Shown piece after piece: positions 30,960 to 44,772 of a stretch of DNA of 64,000 nucleotides (positions within the stretch are counted from its first letter, which is position 1; each line of letters starts with the position of its first letter). The notes below the pieces were generated by a model. The model saw only the letters and a program-made list of their open reading frames with translations. It made no database searches and had not been told where the DNA came from. The translations under genes were made by a program, and so were the position numbers. This DNA is from Octopus vulgaris (taxonomy: Eukaryota). The stretch is taken from contig OX597832.1 in NCBI GenBank assembly GCA_951406725.2, positions 22,878,001-22,942,000 on the forward strand, given 5' to 3'.

Positions 30960-31545
30960 GCTCCCAGATTATCCCATCCACAAAGAGTACGCAGTTAATT
31001 CTAAAAACAAAATGAGCCACGCTTGTTTAATCAGAAAGGTTTGAAAGATTTAGTGAAAGATCTTGTATTTCTAAAGGAGAAAGCAGAAGTTTTAGGACCC
31101 AGACCACATCAATGGAATCTCCTACAGCAAGGTGCGAAAATTTTTATTTCCGTTCTCTCCTTGAAGGCTTATCCGTCTTTTTCAAGCAAGGAAATAATGC
31201 TTGTTTCTGTACTGACATTAATACACTCTAGCAAAAACTGGTACACGAGCATGTGGTTAACGAATGGAGATTGTTTATAGATTCGAGTAAGGTTGGACTC
31301 AAAGCTGTGTTGTTACATAATGGTAATGAAAAACCTTCCATTCCTGTGGGTCATGTTGTCGGTATAGAAGAAACTTATGAATCTATGGAACTCATTTTGA
31401 AAGGAGTTAATAACTCAGTTCATAAGTGGAATATTTTTGGTTATTTAAAGGAGATTTCTTTCCTCCTACGACTGCAGTTGGGATATACCAAAAATATGTG
31501 CTTCTTGTGTGTTTGGAACAGCCTCAATGACGGCAATCATTACAC
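30960..31545 (+). pseudogene. Chapaev-3-like transposase internal fragment (frameshifted)
   Basis: FNQKGLKDLVKDL...EKAEVLG...QWNLL, then EWRLFIDSSKVGLKAVLLHNGNEKPSIPVGH...LQLGYTKNMCFLCVWNS. Confidence 0.8.
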
Positions 31546-31676
31546 TTTCTCTAAGCCCTGTAATAGCACTAGGAAATTTCGACCTCCAAACAGGACATTC
31601 GTGACACCCTTGAAGCGAAAGACTTTTCAGCACACACTTCGCGTATATACATATAATATATATAATATCCATATCT

Positions 31677-31834
31677 GGAGTGGCTGTGTGGTAAGTAGCT
31701 TGCTTACCAATTACATGGTTCCAGGTTCAGTCCCACTGCGTGGCACTTTGGGCAAGTGTCTTCTACTATAGCCTCGAGTCGACCAATGCCTTGTGAGTGG
31801 ATTTGGTAGACGGAAACTGAAAAGAAGCCCGTCG

Positions 31835-31885
<51 letters not shown>

Positions 31886-32104
31886 ATGTGTGTGTGTTGT
31901 GTATCTGTGTTTGTCCCCCAACATCGCTTGACAACCGATGGTGGTGTGTTTACGTTCCCGTAACTTAGCAGTTCAGCAAATGAGACCGATAGAATAAATA
32001 CTAGGCTTACAAAGAATAAGTCCTGGGGTCGATTTGCTCGACTAAAGGCGGTGCTCCAGCATGTCCGCAGTCAAATGACTGAAACAAGTAAAGAGTAAAA
32101 GAGT
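31677..32104 (+). mobile_element. SINE A, near full length
   Basis: Head tggctgtgtgg/ggttcagtccc, CORE-like ggcactttgggcaagtgtctt, internal (TA)n(TG)n, tail ggcggtgctccagcatg...cagtcaaatgactgaaac then (aagagta)n. Confidence 0.95.
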
Positions 32105-32127
32105 ATATATATTTACACACACACACA

Positions 32128-32203
<76 letters not shown>

Positions 32204-33102
32204 CATATATGTATATGTAAATACATATAAATACATATATATGTATATATATAAATACATATAAATACATATACAAATATATATACATATGTATTCAAAG
32301 TGTGCGTTCATGATCATAATGAATGCATTCACACCTAGGAGAAGGTCGACCAGAAGAGAGGCAATGTGTGGATATTTTAAACATTCCTAACAGTTAAGTT
32401 AAACAGTGTACGCTACAGCTCTGCAGCCGTACTAGTTCTGAGACTAAGCAAGTGCCAGAAGCAAACCTGATATAATGAACTCTAAGTAGGATGTTCAATA
32501 TATATTCCACTCTGCTTTCCTCTCCCTTCCAGCAAACACACACACATACACACACATCCATACACACGCACATACATTTACATACATGCGGACATATACT
32601 CCCAGGCGCGTATAGCTTTCATATGTTTTGGCTAATATGCATATATCGTGTGAAAGCAGAACGGCCTTCTGTTAGGAAGATAACAAACAGACACACCCAT
32701 CTATCAACGAAATATTTCATCAAGAACCTGAAGCTAGGACATCAATATATTTCACTGTCGACCAGCATCGGGTATCGGTACTATCGTATTTATCGAGAAA
32801 CGTCCACAGATCTTCAGGGTATATCAATTTTCTGTTAATTAATGCAATTATATCGGAAACATGCATGTTGTTTATGAAGTATTCTCTGTCTTCCGATCGC
32901 ACACACACACACACACACACAAACACACACGCACACACATACACACACACACACACGTACACGTGGGTACACAATCATGTTTATCTTAGTGCATGTGCTG
33001 ATGACGTAAATGCAAAACGTATGTTTATACATAATGTATACACTAGTATACAGGTTTGTCAATATTTATCCATTTCATGTGTATATCTCTATTCCCTTCC
33101 AT

Positions 33103-33134
<32 letters not shown>

Positions 33135-33162
33135 ACACATATATATATATATACACATATAT

Positions 33163-33213
<51 letters not shown>

Positions 33214-33244
33214 TATACACACATGTATATATACACAGACTTAT

Positions 33245-33277
<33 letters not shown>

Positions 33278-33434
33278 GATAGATAGATATGTATAAAAGG
33301 ATAAATATATATATAGATAAATATGGATTTGGCATTAGAGTAATGCTAAGCTTTGACGAAGTGTTACAAATTATTCAACTCTCAACATCATTATACATAT
33401 GCTAATTTCATTTAAGCAAAACATATTTAGTTTT

Positions 33435-33622
33435 TATCTTTTGTTTGTCTTAGTCATTAGACTGCGACCATGTTGGGGTACCTCAATTGAGTATTTCAGT
33501 CGAAAGAATCACCTCAATATTTATTCTTGAAAAAATTATTCTATCAATCTCTTTTGCCGAACCTAAAAGTTATGGGAACGTAAACACAGGCACAAAGGCC
33601 TCTCTCTATCTCTCTCTCTCTC

Positions 33623-33713
<91 letters not shown>

Positions 33714-33755
33714 CGGGTTTCTTTCAGTTTCCGTCTGGCAAATCAACTCCCAAGG
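33435..33755 (-). mobile_element. SINE A, diverged; a further diverged plus-strand body at about 33890-34130
   Basis: tagtcattagactgcgaccatgttgggg...tctcttttgccgaac...ttcagtttccgtctg. Confidence 0.75.
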
Positions 33756-33817
33756 TACTACATACCCACGCTTGCACCTACACCCGCTACACATACACAC
33801 ACATACACACACACAAT

Positions 33818-33859
<42 letters not shown>

Positions 33860-34196
33860 GTGTGTGTGTGTATGCGTGGTATTATATACAAAAATGTGTG
33901 ATCGAGTACGTGCATTTGCCTGTTGCCCCCACTGCTTAAATATAACACGCTAATTTATTTACGCTCACTGGACTTAGCGATTCGACAAAAAGAAATGATA
34001 TCATAAATACCAGGTTTAAAAACCCAACAAAAAAAAGACAATAGTGTGGTCGATGTGTCTCCACTAACCTCCTTTAAGGTCAATTACAGCATGTCCGTAG
34101 ACCAGTGGCCCTGGTCATTAAGATATAAGATAAAAACAATGTAAACTCTGTTTATGTTTAAAATTTTGTCATGAAGGTATAACAAGATAAATATGT

Positions 34197-34350
34197 AGGA
34201 GTGTGGTAAGTAGCTTGCTTACGAACCACCTGGCTCCAGGTTCAGTCCCACAACGTGACACCTTAGGCAAGTGTCTTCTACCACTATAACCTCGGACCGA
34301 CCAAAACCTTGTGAGTTGATTTGGTAGACGGAAACTGAAAGATGCCCGTC

Positions 34351-34415
<65 letters not shown>

Positions 34416-34516
34416 ACTTATAATTTTATGATTTTAACCTTGAAAGGTATTTTAATATGCTGCCACTTTTTTGATGAAATTTTTGTCGGTAAAAAAACTT
34501 CATCCTATAGTAGTAG

Positions 34517-34574
<58 letters not shown>

Positions 34575-34804
34575 ATGTTTGTGTGTCTGTGTTTGTCCCT
34601 GCAACATCGCTTGACAACCGATGCTCGTGTGTTTACGTCCCCGTAACTTAGCGGTTCGGCAAAAGGAACCGATAGAATAAGTACTAGGCTTACAAAGAAT
34701 AAGTCCTGGCGTCGATTTGCTCGAGTACAGGCGGTGCTCCAGCATGGCCACAGTCACAAGACTGAAACAAGTAAAAGTGTAAAAGAGTAAAAGAGTAAAA
34801 AAGT
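34197..34804 (+). mobile_element. SINE A, full length, with expanded internal (TA)n and an insert of about 105 bp
   Basis: Head 34197-34351, body and tail about 34575-34804. Confidence 0.92.
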
Positions 34805-35848
34805 ATGGATGGCAACAACTACTACACGGTGCTAATTATCTTGGAATGTTGGGCCCTCAAAACCACTCAAATTTATCGTCAGCGATAAATTTGAGAAAAT
34901 AATCAAAGTAATTAGTGTGGCAAATAAAAATATAAATAGCCGTTTAATGATTTTTTTCCCCAAGTTTTATAGGCGAGAAAAAATACTTATGCAGTCTTGG
35001 CCGAAATCAAACTATATTGATGTAAAATACCATTAAATGTGGGCAATAAAGCACACAACATATATATATATATATATAAATAAGCAACAAGGATATCCAA
35101 GGTAGTGTAGTACAATCACTTTCATGCTACTTCATTTTATTAAACCCTGTAAGTATTACATCAGTTTTAAAATGTCGAGCAACCTACAGCCACATATAGA
35201 ATTTTTCAATTAAACGGACAATGCACATTCTTATCCTTATTTCATTTGCCAATATTACAAAGAGGGTAGCTATATAGACCGAGAGGTTAATCTCATCATT
35301 AGGAACATGATGGTAGTATGTTCATTCTCCGTCTGTAGATTATATATATATATATAAAACTATAAGCCAATCGAATCTATCTAGAATAATCAATATCAAG
35401 CGGACAGATGAATTAGACTTATTGATATGTAGATGTCCGCTTGCTGTACATAGTACAATCATGGTTGTTATTATTATTATTATTATTATTATTAATATCA
35501 ATATTAATTTTATTGACTTTTTGTAGGGTTATACATTTTAAGGAACTGAACCGTGTGTTTTTTATATATATATCTGCTTTAAATTTAAATGTGAGTGTAC
35601 ATGTATTTCCTTGATGTTAGTTATGGAACTAGGAGTCCAATATGGAAAATAACTTGTCCTCACGACCGAAACAGCTGTCAGATATGATGTAATTGTATTT
35701 TATATTTCTATTCCCATGTCTAGTTATATTTACAATATATTATGTATAATGTCTTTGCTGTTATGTAATGGTGTAATAAAGTATTGATTGGGTATTATCT
35801 GATGGTTGATGATTGATTGATTTAAGTATGTTTCTCCATTTTCTCATT

Positions 35849-35904
<56 letters not shown>

Positions 35905-35922
35905 TATAATAAGATTTATGGC

Positions 35923-36054
35923 GTAAAAATTTATGAGTATAAGTGTATTTTTAGAAGGTTTTAATATTCAAAGGAAAGAATTTGGACGGGAATGGCGACG
36001 ACGAGAATAATAAAGACATTGGAGGTGGTGATGGAAGGTGGTTTGAATGTGGGG

Positions 36055-36102
<48 letters not shown>

Positions 36103-36104
36103 AC

Positions 36105-36135
<31 letters not shown>

Positions 36136-36606
36136 AATATATATATATACATATACATATATATGTGTGTGCATATGTGTATGTGTGTGTGTGTACGTAT
36201 CTGTGTTTGTGTATACATGTATGTGTGCGTTTGTGTGTCTACACGCTGGCGCGCTTGTGTTTACTGTTTCCGGTGTCTGAAATATTCCATTTCTAATATT
36301 TTAGCATCAACGTCGTTGTCGTCGTCGGCGTTTTCATCATCATCATCATCAACACCTGCAACTCCACCTCACTACTGCCTCTACTCCTCCTCTTTCTTCT
36401 CCTCCTCCTTCACCACCACAAGAACCTTTACTATCATTGGCATCACCATCATCACCATCACCCATCTTAAACCCCACTTTAAAATCAGCATCCGCCACCA
36501 CTACCACCACTTTCTTTAGTATTCTTGTCGTCGCCATCCCCGTCCACATTCTTTCCTTTGAATATTAAAACCTTCTAAAAATACAATTATGCTCGTAAAT
36601 TTTTAC
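35923..36606. repeat. Inverted repeat of about 130 bp (35923-36054 / 36472-36606) around microsatellites
   Basis: gtatttttagaaggttttaatattcaaaggaaagaat pairs perfectly with attctttcctttgaatattaaaaccttctaaaaatac. Confidence 0.9.
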
Positions 36607-36793
36607 ACCGATCGTTTTTCTAATTGTCAAACAAACATAAATGTGTAGAATTACGTCGCCTAACACCCCCACCGGAATTTTCTTTCGTTGCATAAACTTG
36701 CATTGTTAATGCAGATTACGTTTTTGTTTTTAGAACTTACTGAATTTACAAGATGGCTACGGACGAAATAGATAACGACGACAATGAAACTCC

Positions 36794-36815
36794 TGATGAT
36801 GATGAGGATGATGAC

Positions 36816-36853
<38 letters not shown>

Positions 36854-36887
36854 CGATGATGATGATGACGATGATGATGATGATGAC

Positions 36888-36940
<53 letters not shown>

Positions 36941-37190
36941 CGATGATGATGACGACGACGACGATGAATGCGGTGATAGTTCTGAACAGACCAAACAACG
37001 ATTGTGGTAATGCCGATGTTGATGGATGATGTTGATGACGATAACGATGACGATGAGGAGGAAGATAAGAAGGAGGAGGAAGACGGGGAGGAGGGAGAGG
37101 ATGACAGCGACAACGATAACGGTGATGATGATGACGGTAATGATTATGACGATGAGGGGCGAGGAGGAGGAGGAAGAGGAGAATAATGAT
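36794..37190. repeat. (GAT)n/(GAC)n/(GAG)n microsatellite region
   Basis: Seen directly. Confidence 0.95.
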
Positions 37191-37566
37191 GTTAGTGATG
37201 TCATGTTGCTAATTAAGACGATAATATGGAGAATGTTATCAACGTTTTTCAATAAGGAATTTGTAGCTTGTATTGAACTCTCTAAACAACTCAAAATACA
37301 CTTCGAAAGGTTTACATCAAAATCATAAGAAAGATCTCTGATGAGGAATTATGTGTTTTACACACTGCTGACAGCATCGCAGCCAATGGGACAGCATCGC
37401 AGCCAATGGCACAGCACAGGTGTTGAAACACTTATGCTATCTGTTTGGCAGCTGATGATGTATACGACTGTGTTCCCGTAGCTCTAAGTTGAACTTCCTT
37501 GAGATTCTCGTTCTTTTTTACATTATTTACATTCAACGGATATTTTACATCATCTTGTTTGTTGTG

Positions 37567-37612
37567 AACGCAACGTTTCGGCTGATATACCCTCCAACCT
37601 TCCTCAGGTGTC
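37567..37612 (-). ncRNA. Minimal hammerhead motif in a fourth copy (about 37515-37640) of the 15.2-kb repeat
   Basis: GACAC-CUGAGGA-A-GGUUG...CAGCC-GAAA-CG-UU-GCGUU; one stem I mismatch. Confidence 0.65.
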
Positions 37613-37634
37613 TTGGGAAATTTCGAACCTGGGT

Positions 37635-37675
<41 letters not shown>

Positions 37676-38812
37676 TCTTCTACCGGTTTCACTCATTAGA
37701 CTTCGGCCACACTTAGATGCATTTCTGAAATGTTTGGTCAAAGAAATGGATTCCGGTGATAATGTTAAGCTTGGTACATTTTCTATCGTGGCCATTTTGT
37801 CTAGCTGTTAATCATGCAGATTTAACACAAGCAAACATCAGAGGTTAAGTCGTAACAAACGAATAAAAACTCATAGTTTCACACACGTACACACACACAC
37901 ACACAAGCAAACAAACACATTCACGCACACTTACAGACACCCACGTGTACACACAAACACATTGACACACACACACACAGACACAGATACGCGCAGAGAG
38001 GAAAAGACGGAGTATTTACCAATCTATACATTATTTATCTCCAATTAAGCCGAAGCCAAATTTTGTCTTGATTTTTTTTTTATTTGTCATCGATTCTATA
38101 CAAGTCCTGTCGTAGGTGTTGATTTCATTCTATTTTCAATAAAAGTTATATTTTTTAAAAAACTGCTAAAAAATATACCTTCGTGCACAAAAATAATTAA
38201 ATAATAGTTTTGGAAGTTTCGAATAATCATGTTCCTAATTGGTCTAACCTTATAGATTATTGCCTTAAACATCAGAATATATAATCATCGCCGCAAGTTA
38301 CGATATCTGATTGCTAATTATACCTAATTAGCTTGTTGTCGCTCCTCCTCGTCGTCTTGAACATGATTGCAAAGAAATAGATAAGTTTTTCTGCTACTTT
38401 TTTTTCTCTCTTATCTTCGAAGTATGTAATATTTATTCTCTTCAGATAGTTTGTGATTGTACTTTGGTCGTGTTTTACAGTAATCTAAATATCTGTGCAT
38501 TATAAATAAATGCACTTGAGTAATACTTAATAAATAAATGCGTTCGGGTAACAGACTTTGAGTACAAGATAACTTCAGATTTTATTTCAGATATTATTGG
38601 GTTGTCTTTTTTTTATTTCTACTTGGCACTTTTCATATGTTTGAAGAGGGGAAATTTTATTTAAGTTTCAAAACTGATAAACGAAAGCCGAAGGGGAAAA
38701 ATCGAGCTACAGAAAATGTCATAAACACTTTTCATTATCATTAACACTTAGACATTATTGTCTAAATGTTAATGATTGATATTGTCTCCTTACCTAGTAG
38801 TAGTAGTAGTAA

Positions 38813-38848
<36 letters not shown>

Positions 38849-39577
38849 CAATAATAATAATAGCAATAATAATAGCAACAACAGCATTAGCAATACTTTT
38901 AACCGATATCATGGCCACCCCGCCTTGGACAGAACATCCGTCCTTCTAAAGGTCACTCAGTTAGAGCTGTGTGGGCTGGAGTATCGAGGAACGAAGTGTT
39001 TTCGGTCAATAACACAACGCAACGCCTGACCCGTATACGAAACAACGATCTAGGGTTTCCTTAATAACCAGGCCACATGCCTTCAAGTACTACAATAAAA
39101 AAATACTATTCGTGTTAATTTGAATCGCAAATGGGAATGTTTGAAATAAATGCAGAAGAAAAGAAAACCAACGTTTTATCTGACAGCTCAATGCATAGGT
39201 ATACAGTAAGACATTTAATCTTGATAACGAGTTGGGGCAGACGACCAACACTAAATGATTGAGTGCCATTTACGTTATAGACTCCGAAGGATTGAAACCT
39301 AAGAGAAACATCGAAGAGAAACAAAAATTATGTAATGATTTCCATTTATTGTCATATAATTTCAAATGGTATTCTTGCTTAGGGTAGAGAATTCGAAATA
39401 CATTTTTTTAATTTTAGAATTAGAGTAACATTACCCTATATTTTCATTTATCAGTGACCACCCATTTGAATTAAAGAATAGAGGTATAACATCGCCATCA
39501 CTAGTGATCATTCCTTACGCCATGATGTTGACTAGATGTTTGATTTTTTTCCCTCTCAGTACATGTCCTCAGATATC

Positions 39578-39833
39578 ACTGTCCTCTGATTGACACTCAA
39601 AAACTCTGAAATATTCGTATCGGACCTTCTGGCGCGAATGCCAAGAAGTACAGCATGTCGTTTCCAAATTTCTGGCAGAATGAATTACGTCCTTGTGCTG
39701 TTTTTCTTACAGACAGTGCCCAACTGACGCAACTATACTGTTTAGTCGACAAAATAAATAAAAAAACAATGGGCATGCACGAAATTATATATATATAAAT
39801 ATAGAATGACGATAATTTACCCATCTCACCCTG
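39578..39833 (-). mobile_element. maT/mariner-like element 5' end with TIR
   Basis: Homologous to 55385-55565; ends ...catctcaccctg|TA, i.e. TA-CAGGGTG on the minus strand. Confidence 0.75.
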
Positions 39834-40249
39834 TATATCCTTATTTTTTGTTTGTGTACCAGTGTATGTGTCTGTGTACGTAATTTATGTATGTGCGTAT
39901 ACCTGCGAGCGCACGCGTATATCTCAATATGGCGATATAGATTTCTTCTTTTAAATCGTTTATTAAAATCATGACTGCAATCTATCTTTTATTAATCATT
40001 TTTCTTAGTATTTCCGTTTTAATCCTCTATGTTTACTTAAAAACAATAAACTTCCTAACTAAACATCGATTTTTGTTGACCCTACCACTCGATTCTTCCG
40101 GATTAAATGGCTATTAATGGCGTTTCCTATTAACTGTTAATACTTGCTAAGATATGATTATTTTGTTTCTCTAATAATATTGTCAACGCTGGAGTTAAAT
40201 CACGCCAACAATCTGAAACTAAGTGAATTCTGTTACTTCCCAGGTGGTT

Positions 40250-40522
40250 TATTTGTTTATTATTGTGTGGTTAGAATTTTTCAGGAAAGAATCGCAACGT
40301 AGATACTCGAAAACAAGTCAACCGGTTGGAGACCAAGGAATTGACCAAGAACCAAATGGCTGGATAATGTCCAAAGTCTAAGTTGGCTACGCATGGAGAT
40401 CGAACCAGAAAAGCTAATGACATTTACTTCTGATAGCACCCCATGGTCTAGGTTCTTGATAATTCTACACCCACGATGGTTGGATGGTTGGATGGATGGA
40501 TGTATGGATGGATGGATGGATA
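40250..40522 (+). mobile_element. RTE-clade LINE 3' end with (GGAT)n tail (Rex3/Expander-like)
   Basis: TGWRPRN*PRTKWLDNVQSLSWLRMEIEPE resembles G.RPRGRPRTRW.D.I..L.W..LGI; followed by (GGAT)n. Confidence 0.7.
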
Positions 40523-41060
40523 AAGTATGCGTTTGTTCTTAAATTGTGTGGAACTCTATAAAAATAGTTACATGATCAACAAATTTCTTTTTCTAGCTTC
40601 TGCTATTTTAGCTTTTATATATATATATATGGTAGTGGTGGTGTCGCTCTTGATCAGAATTATATTCAAATTCCGGGACGAAAAGGTAAGAACATCTAGT
40701 TTCGAATAATAAAAAAAATCAGGATTTTCATTAACGTTTGAGACATACATATGTCTGTGGCAGGTTAGAAATTTCAAAATAATTGATCAAATGTACTGGT
40801 CTGTACAAGCCCGAGTTCTAAACCAGAGTCTTCAGCTTTCAGGGTTTCGTGCCTTACTGCCGCGGGATTTGGTTTTAGCCACACTTGACACATCGCCAGC
40901 ATTTCATAGATATCATGTCTGGCCTCTTGACACGTAGAAATTCGATTCAAGTTGGTTCTTTCTTACTGCTGGCATTATGTTATAATAGGGTACCTATCAT
41001 ACATATAACACTTATCGTGTGGTATTATTTCAAATCTACCATGTAATATAAAGACATAAT

Positions 41061-41091
<31 letters not shown>

Positions 41092-41824
41092 GTATTTTTA
41101 CGCTTGTATCTATGTTTCTGAGTGTCTGTAGAAAGACGGAGAGGTTGAAAGAAACAGCTTGAATGAAACAATGAAACGGAGAGAACAATAGCAAAATATG
41201 ACAAGAAAGATTAAACTATACATTAAATAAGTGAATATATTCTCTGAAATGAATGTTTAAGTTCCAAGTGATGGCTATTATTATTACTCATTAAAACATT
41301 ACGCGACAAAATCTTGGCAAAACTTCTTACCACTTTGTCCAACTACTCATTACTATCAGCGTGAGATAATTCTGTAATTACACAATAGTTAATGATAGAT
41401 ATCTTTACAAATTGTCCGCCATTGCTGAATTATTTATTAACGATAGAATGTCGTATCAGTTTGCTCTATTTTGCATTCTTTGTTCATTATAGCTCCCAAG
41501 CTAAATTACTATCCTGCAGCTTTTGGCAAAACATTTGTCACAATTTATTTTTGCTGAAGATATAGAATTGTCAGAGTAGTTAGCGACAATCTTTAGAATA
41601 ATTTACTGCATTAGTTCCGCCCCTCTACAGGCTCTGTTCAAATCATGCGGAGTTCAACTTTGGCTTCGACGACATTAGTTTTCTGCTCTCAGACTCTACT
41701 ATTAATTAGGCCTGTTACTCGGTTAATCTGCATTAAATAATTAACACAGGCTGCTATTTTAAATTCATGTGTGTGTGTGTAATGGTTTTGTATATGTATA
41801 TATATGTGTATACATATGTACATA

Positions 41825-42050
41825 CAGTTGCGGCCTAAATTTCAGAACGGCATTGTTTTCGTCAGAAAAGTAGGTATAACTTTTTATTAAAGTTGTTTTA
41901 TATTCTATAATATTCACAGACAATAAATACGATATTATTTGTGATTGTCTGAGATTTTGGTGTAATTTGAGAGGATAATACAAAAGTTATGGATGATTTA
42001 GTGATTTACTGCAAAACCCATGGCGGCCAAAATGATCAGAACGGTTGCTT
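41825..42050 (+). mobile_element. Tc1-like terminal region with IR/DR structure
   Basis: TA|CAGTTGCGGCCTAAATTTCAGAACGG, with inner direct repeat GCGGCCAAAATGATCAGAACGG at 42023-42044. Confidence 0.55.
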
Positions 42051-42432
42051 TTACTCCGTGTTTTAGTATAATTTAACCGGCGAACTCTAATGTTTTGAAT
42101 TTGTTTACGTGACGGTTCGTTTACTAAACATTAGTAAGGAATATCTGCTGTGTACTTAGTTAATATCTGTGAAGATGTCATGACAATGTAGTGCTTGAAA
42201 ATCTTCAAAATTATATTGTATTTGATATTCGTTTTCTCACTTGTAAGCTGGCTTTCGAAGATGCTTTATGTTTAGGATATCCACGGGGTTCTATAAAGTT
42301 GGTAATACAATTATATTGCCAATGAGTCTAAAGCAGGCGTCTGTCGCTACGAATGAAGGCATACATATCATGGCCGTTATAATATACAAATATCTGTGTG
42401 TGAGTGTGTGTGTATGTGTGAGTGTGCATGTA

Positions 42433-42508
<76 letters not shown>

Positions 42509-42730
42509 TATATGTATTATAGGTTTGTATTTCTTTTCCCAAGGAGTCAGGAAATAATTACGTTTTTATGGAAGTATGTACGTGTATATTGACAGATATA
42601 CATATATACACAAGATATGTCCGTAAGGTTCTCCGTTTGAAGATCTGTCTTCTTTGAGTGAACCCCGTTAACTGCAGTATACAATATACATGCACACAAT
42701 TGTGCAGTGTTTATATATATACTGTATATC

Positions 42731-42797
<67 letters not shown>

Positions 42798-42922
42798 GTA
42801 TGTATATATATATATGAATATATACGTTTTTATATGTAGGTACATATGCATAAGTATATATATATATATATATGTATATACGTATAAATATGTATAAATA
42901 TTATATATGCATATATAAATAA

Positions 42923-42999
<77 letters not shown>

Positions 43000-43139
43000 T
43001 GTATTACCTCTGGATATCCTTGTTGCTTATTTCAATTTTAATCACCTTACCTTGAAATTGTATGGATAATACCGTACTAAATTATGGGGTCTCAACTTAA
43101 GTACCATATTCATCTGAGCAAAAAGAGCGTATAATATGC

Positions 43140-43433
43140 CCTGTCCGTAAGGGAGGGAGCAGAGCAGATGCTAAAAACTGCAGGCCCATCTCTATGACCT
43201 CACGTGTTAGCAAGACAATGCAGCGCATTATTAGAAAAAGCCTGATCACGCTCCTAGATAAAAGAGAAAAACAACCTTCTCATAAACACGCAACGTGATC
43301 CCGTCCAGGAAGGGGCTGCTGCAGAACTTTAACTGGTTACTGAAACAACGGCTAAACCAGTCAGCTGTAGACATGATATACTTCAACTTTTCCAGGGCCT
43401 TCGACAAGGATGATTATGGCATGATATATCACA
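43140..43433 (+). pseudogene. CR1-group reverse transcriptase fragment
   Basis: KGGSRADAKNCRPISMTSRVSKTMQRIIR...AVDMIYFNFSRAFDKDDYG (decayed NYRPISLTS and D.IYLDFSKAFDKVDH). Confidence 0.85.
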
Positions 43434-43660
43434 AGCGGCGAGCTGGCAGAAACGTTAGCACGCCGGACGAAATGCGTAGCCGTATTTCGTCTGCCGTTAC
43501 GTTCTGAGTTCAAATTCCGCCGAGGTCGACTTTGCCTTTCATCCTATCGGAGTCGATAAAATAAGTACCAGTTACGCACTGGGGTCGATGTAATCGACTT
43601 AATCCCTTTGTCCCTGTTTGTCCCCTCTGTGTTTAGCCCCTTGTGGGTAGTAAAGAAATA
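43434..43660 (+). mobile_element. SINE B, full length, with 11-bp TSD
   Basis: TSD gatatatcaca at 43423-43433 and 43661-43671. Confidence 0.95.
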
Positions 43661-43671
43661 GATATATCACA

Positions 43672-43965
43672 TGCTGCGAAAACCTCAAATATCTTCCAAA
43701 TATATATCACCTCATATCTCTTTCGTGTTCTCTGCAGGGAATAGAGACCCAGATCCTTTAGCCTCTTCTAGTAGCCCATCTTTTGTATGGTGTCAATCGT
43801 CTTTGTGTATTGGCGCTGGATTGCTTCGAGTTGCACAGTTTGTGTCATACTCTCTGGGGACCATAGTTGGGGGCAGTAGTCGAAGCGGCTGAGAATAAAA
43901 GCTCTCCATACGAGGACATATATGCTGTTGATGTGGAAGTTTTCAGGTTTCTATCTCACATAACA
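43672..43965 (-). pseudogene. CR1-group ORF2 downstream fragment in opposite orientation
   Basis: LSRFDYCPQLWSP...LEAIQRQYTK...Y*KRLKDLGLYSLQRTRKRYEVIYIWKI. Confidence 0.85.
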
Positions 43966-44257
43966 GATGAACCTACATCGCGGCAGGAGACGCAAAGAAA
44001 ACAGCTCCGTCCAAATCGCTACTCCACAAAAATCAATACCAGAAACAACAACAAATAACTACAGGTGGTGCACCAGCATGACGTCAGCCATTGCTGCAAC
44101 CAGTAAAAACTAATTAAAAGAAAAGATACACACACACATATATATGTATGTATGTATCTTATATATAAATATATATATATAGATATAGATATAGATATAT
44201 ATAGATATACATGCATATATATATATGTATATATGTACATATATAATTATATATACG

Positions 44258-44302
<45 letters not shown>

Positions 44303-44305
<3 letters not shown>

Positions 44306-44512
44306 TAGAGTTTACGAAAAAAACAAAAGACGAAGACAGGTGGTGTACAAAACAAACAGATGAATTAGTATAACGCTCAGGAATAGAAAAAAGTCTTTTA
44401 CGTTTCGAGCCTACGCTCTTCTACAGAAAGGGACACAGAAAAAAGGAGAGAAAAAGGAGAGAAACAAGGAGAGAAAAAAATGTTTGTAGTGGCTAACGAT
44501 CTATCATGGCGA
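44303..44512 (-). mobile_element. Short repeat with variant hammerhead-like motif (44395-44430); decayed relative at about 28110-28300
   Basis: CUUU-CUGUAGA-A-GAGC[guag]GCUC-GAAA-CG-UA-AAAG. Confidence 0.55.
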
Positions 44513-44571
44513 CTCATACATGTATGTATGTATGTATGTATGTATGTATGTATGTATGTATGTATGTATGC

Positions 44572-44613
<42 letters not shown>

Positions 44614-44630
44614 GTATGTATGTATGTATG

Positions 44631-44680
<50 letters not shown>

Positions 44681-44772
44681 GGTCCTGAGTTGAGTCGGGG
44701 TTAACCACAGTAAATAAGGTACTCAATACATAGCAGAGTAAATTAATTTATTTTATAGAAGGAGCTTCTGCG

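Noticed and set aside
36753-37010. ORF MATDEIDND plus poly-Asp as an acidic protein exon
   Set aside because: Almost wholly a (GAT)n tract in a repeat context.
37338-37435. CTGATGA followed by a long hairpin and a 20-bp tandem duplication
   Set aside because: No properly placed GAAA, stem III and UH, so not called a hammerhead. The same applies to CTGATGA near 32998, 37454 and 62124.
43671-43892. Apparent splice acceptor (tctctgcag) and plus-strand exon
   Set aside because: The minus strand encodes a clear CR1-type ORF2 fragment that explains the region.
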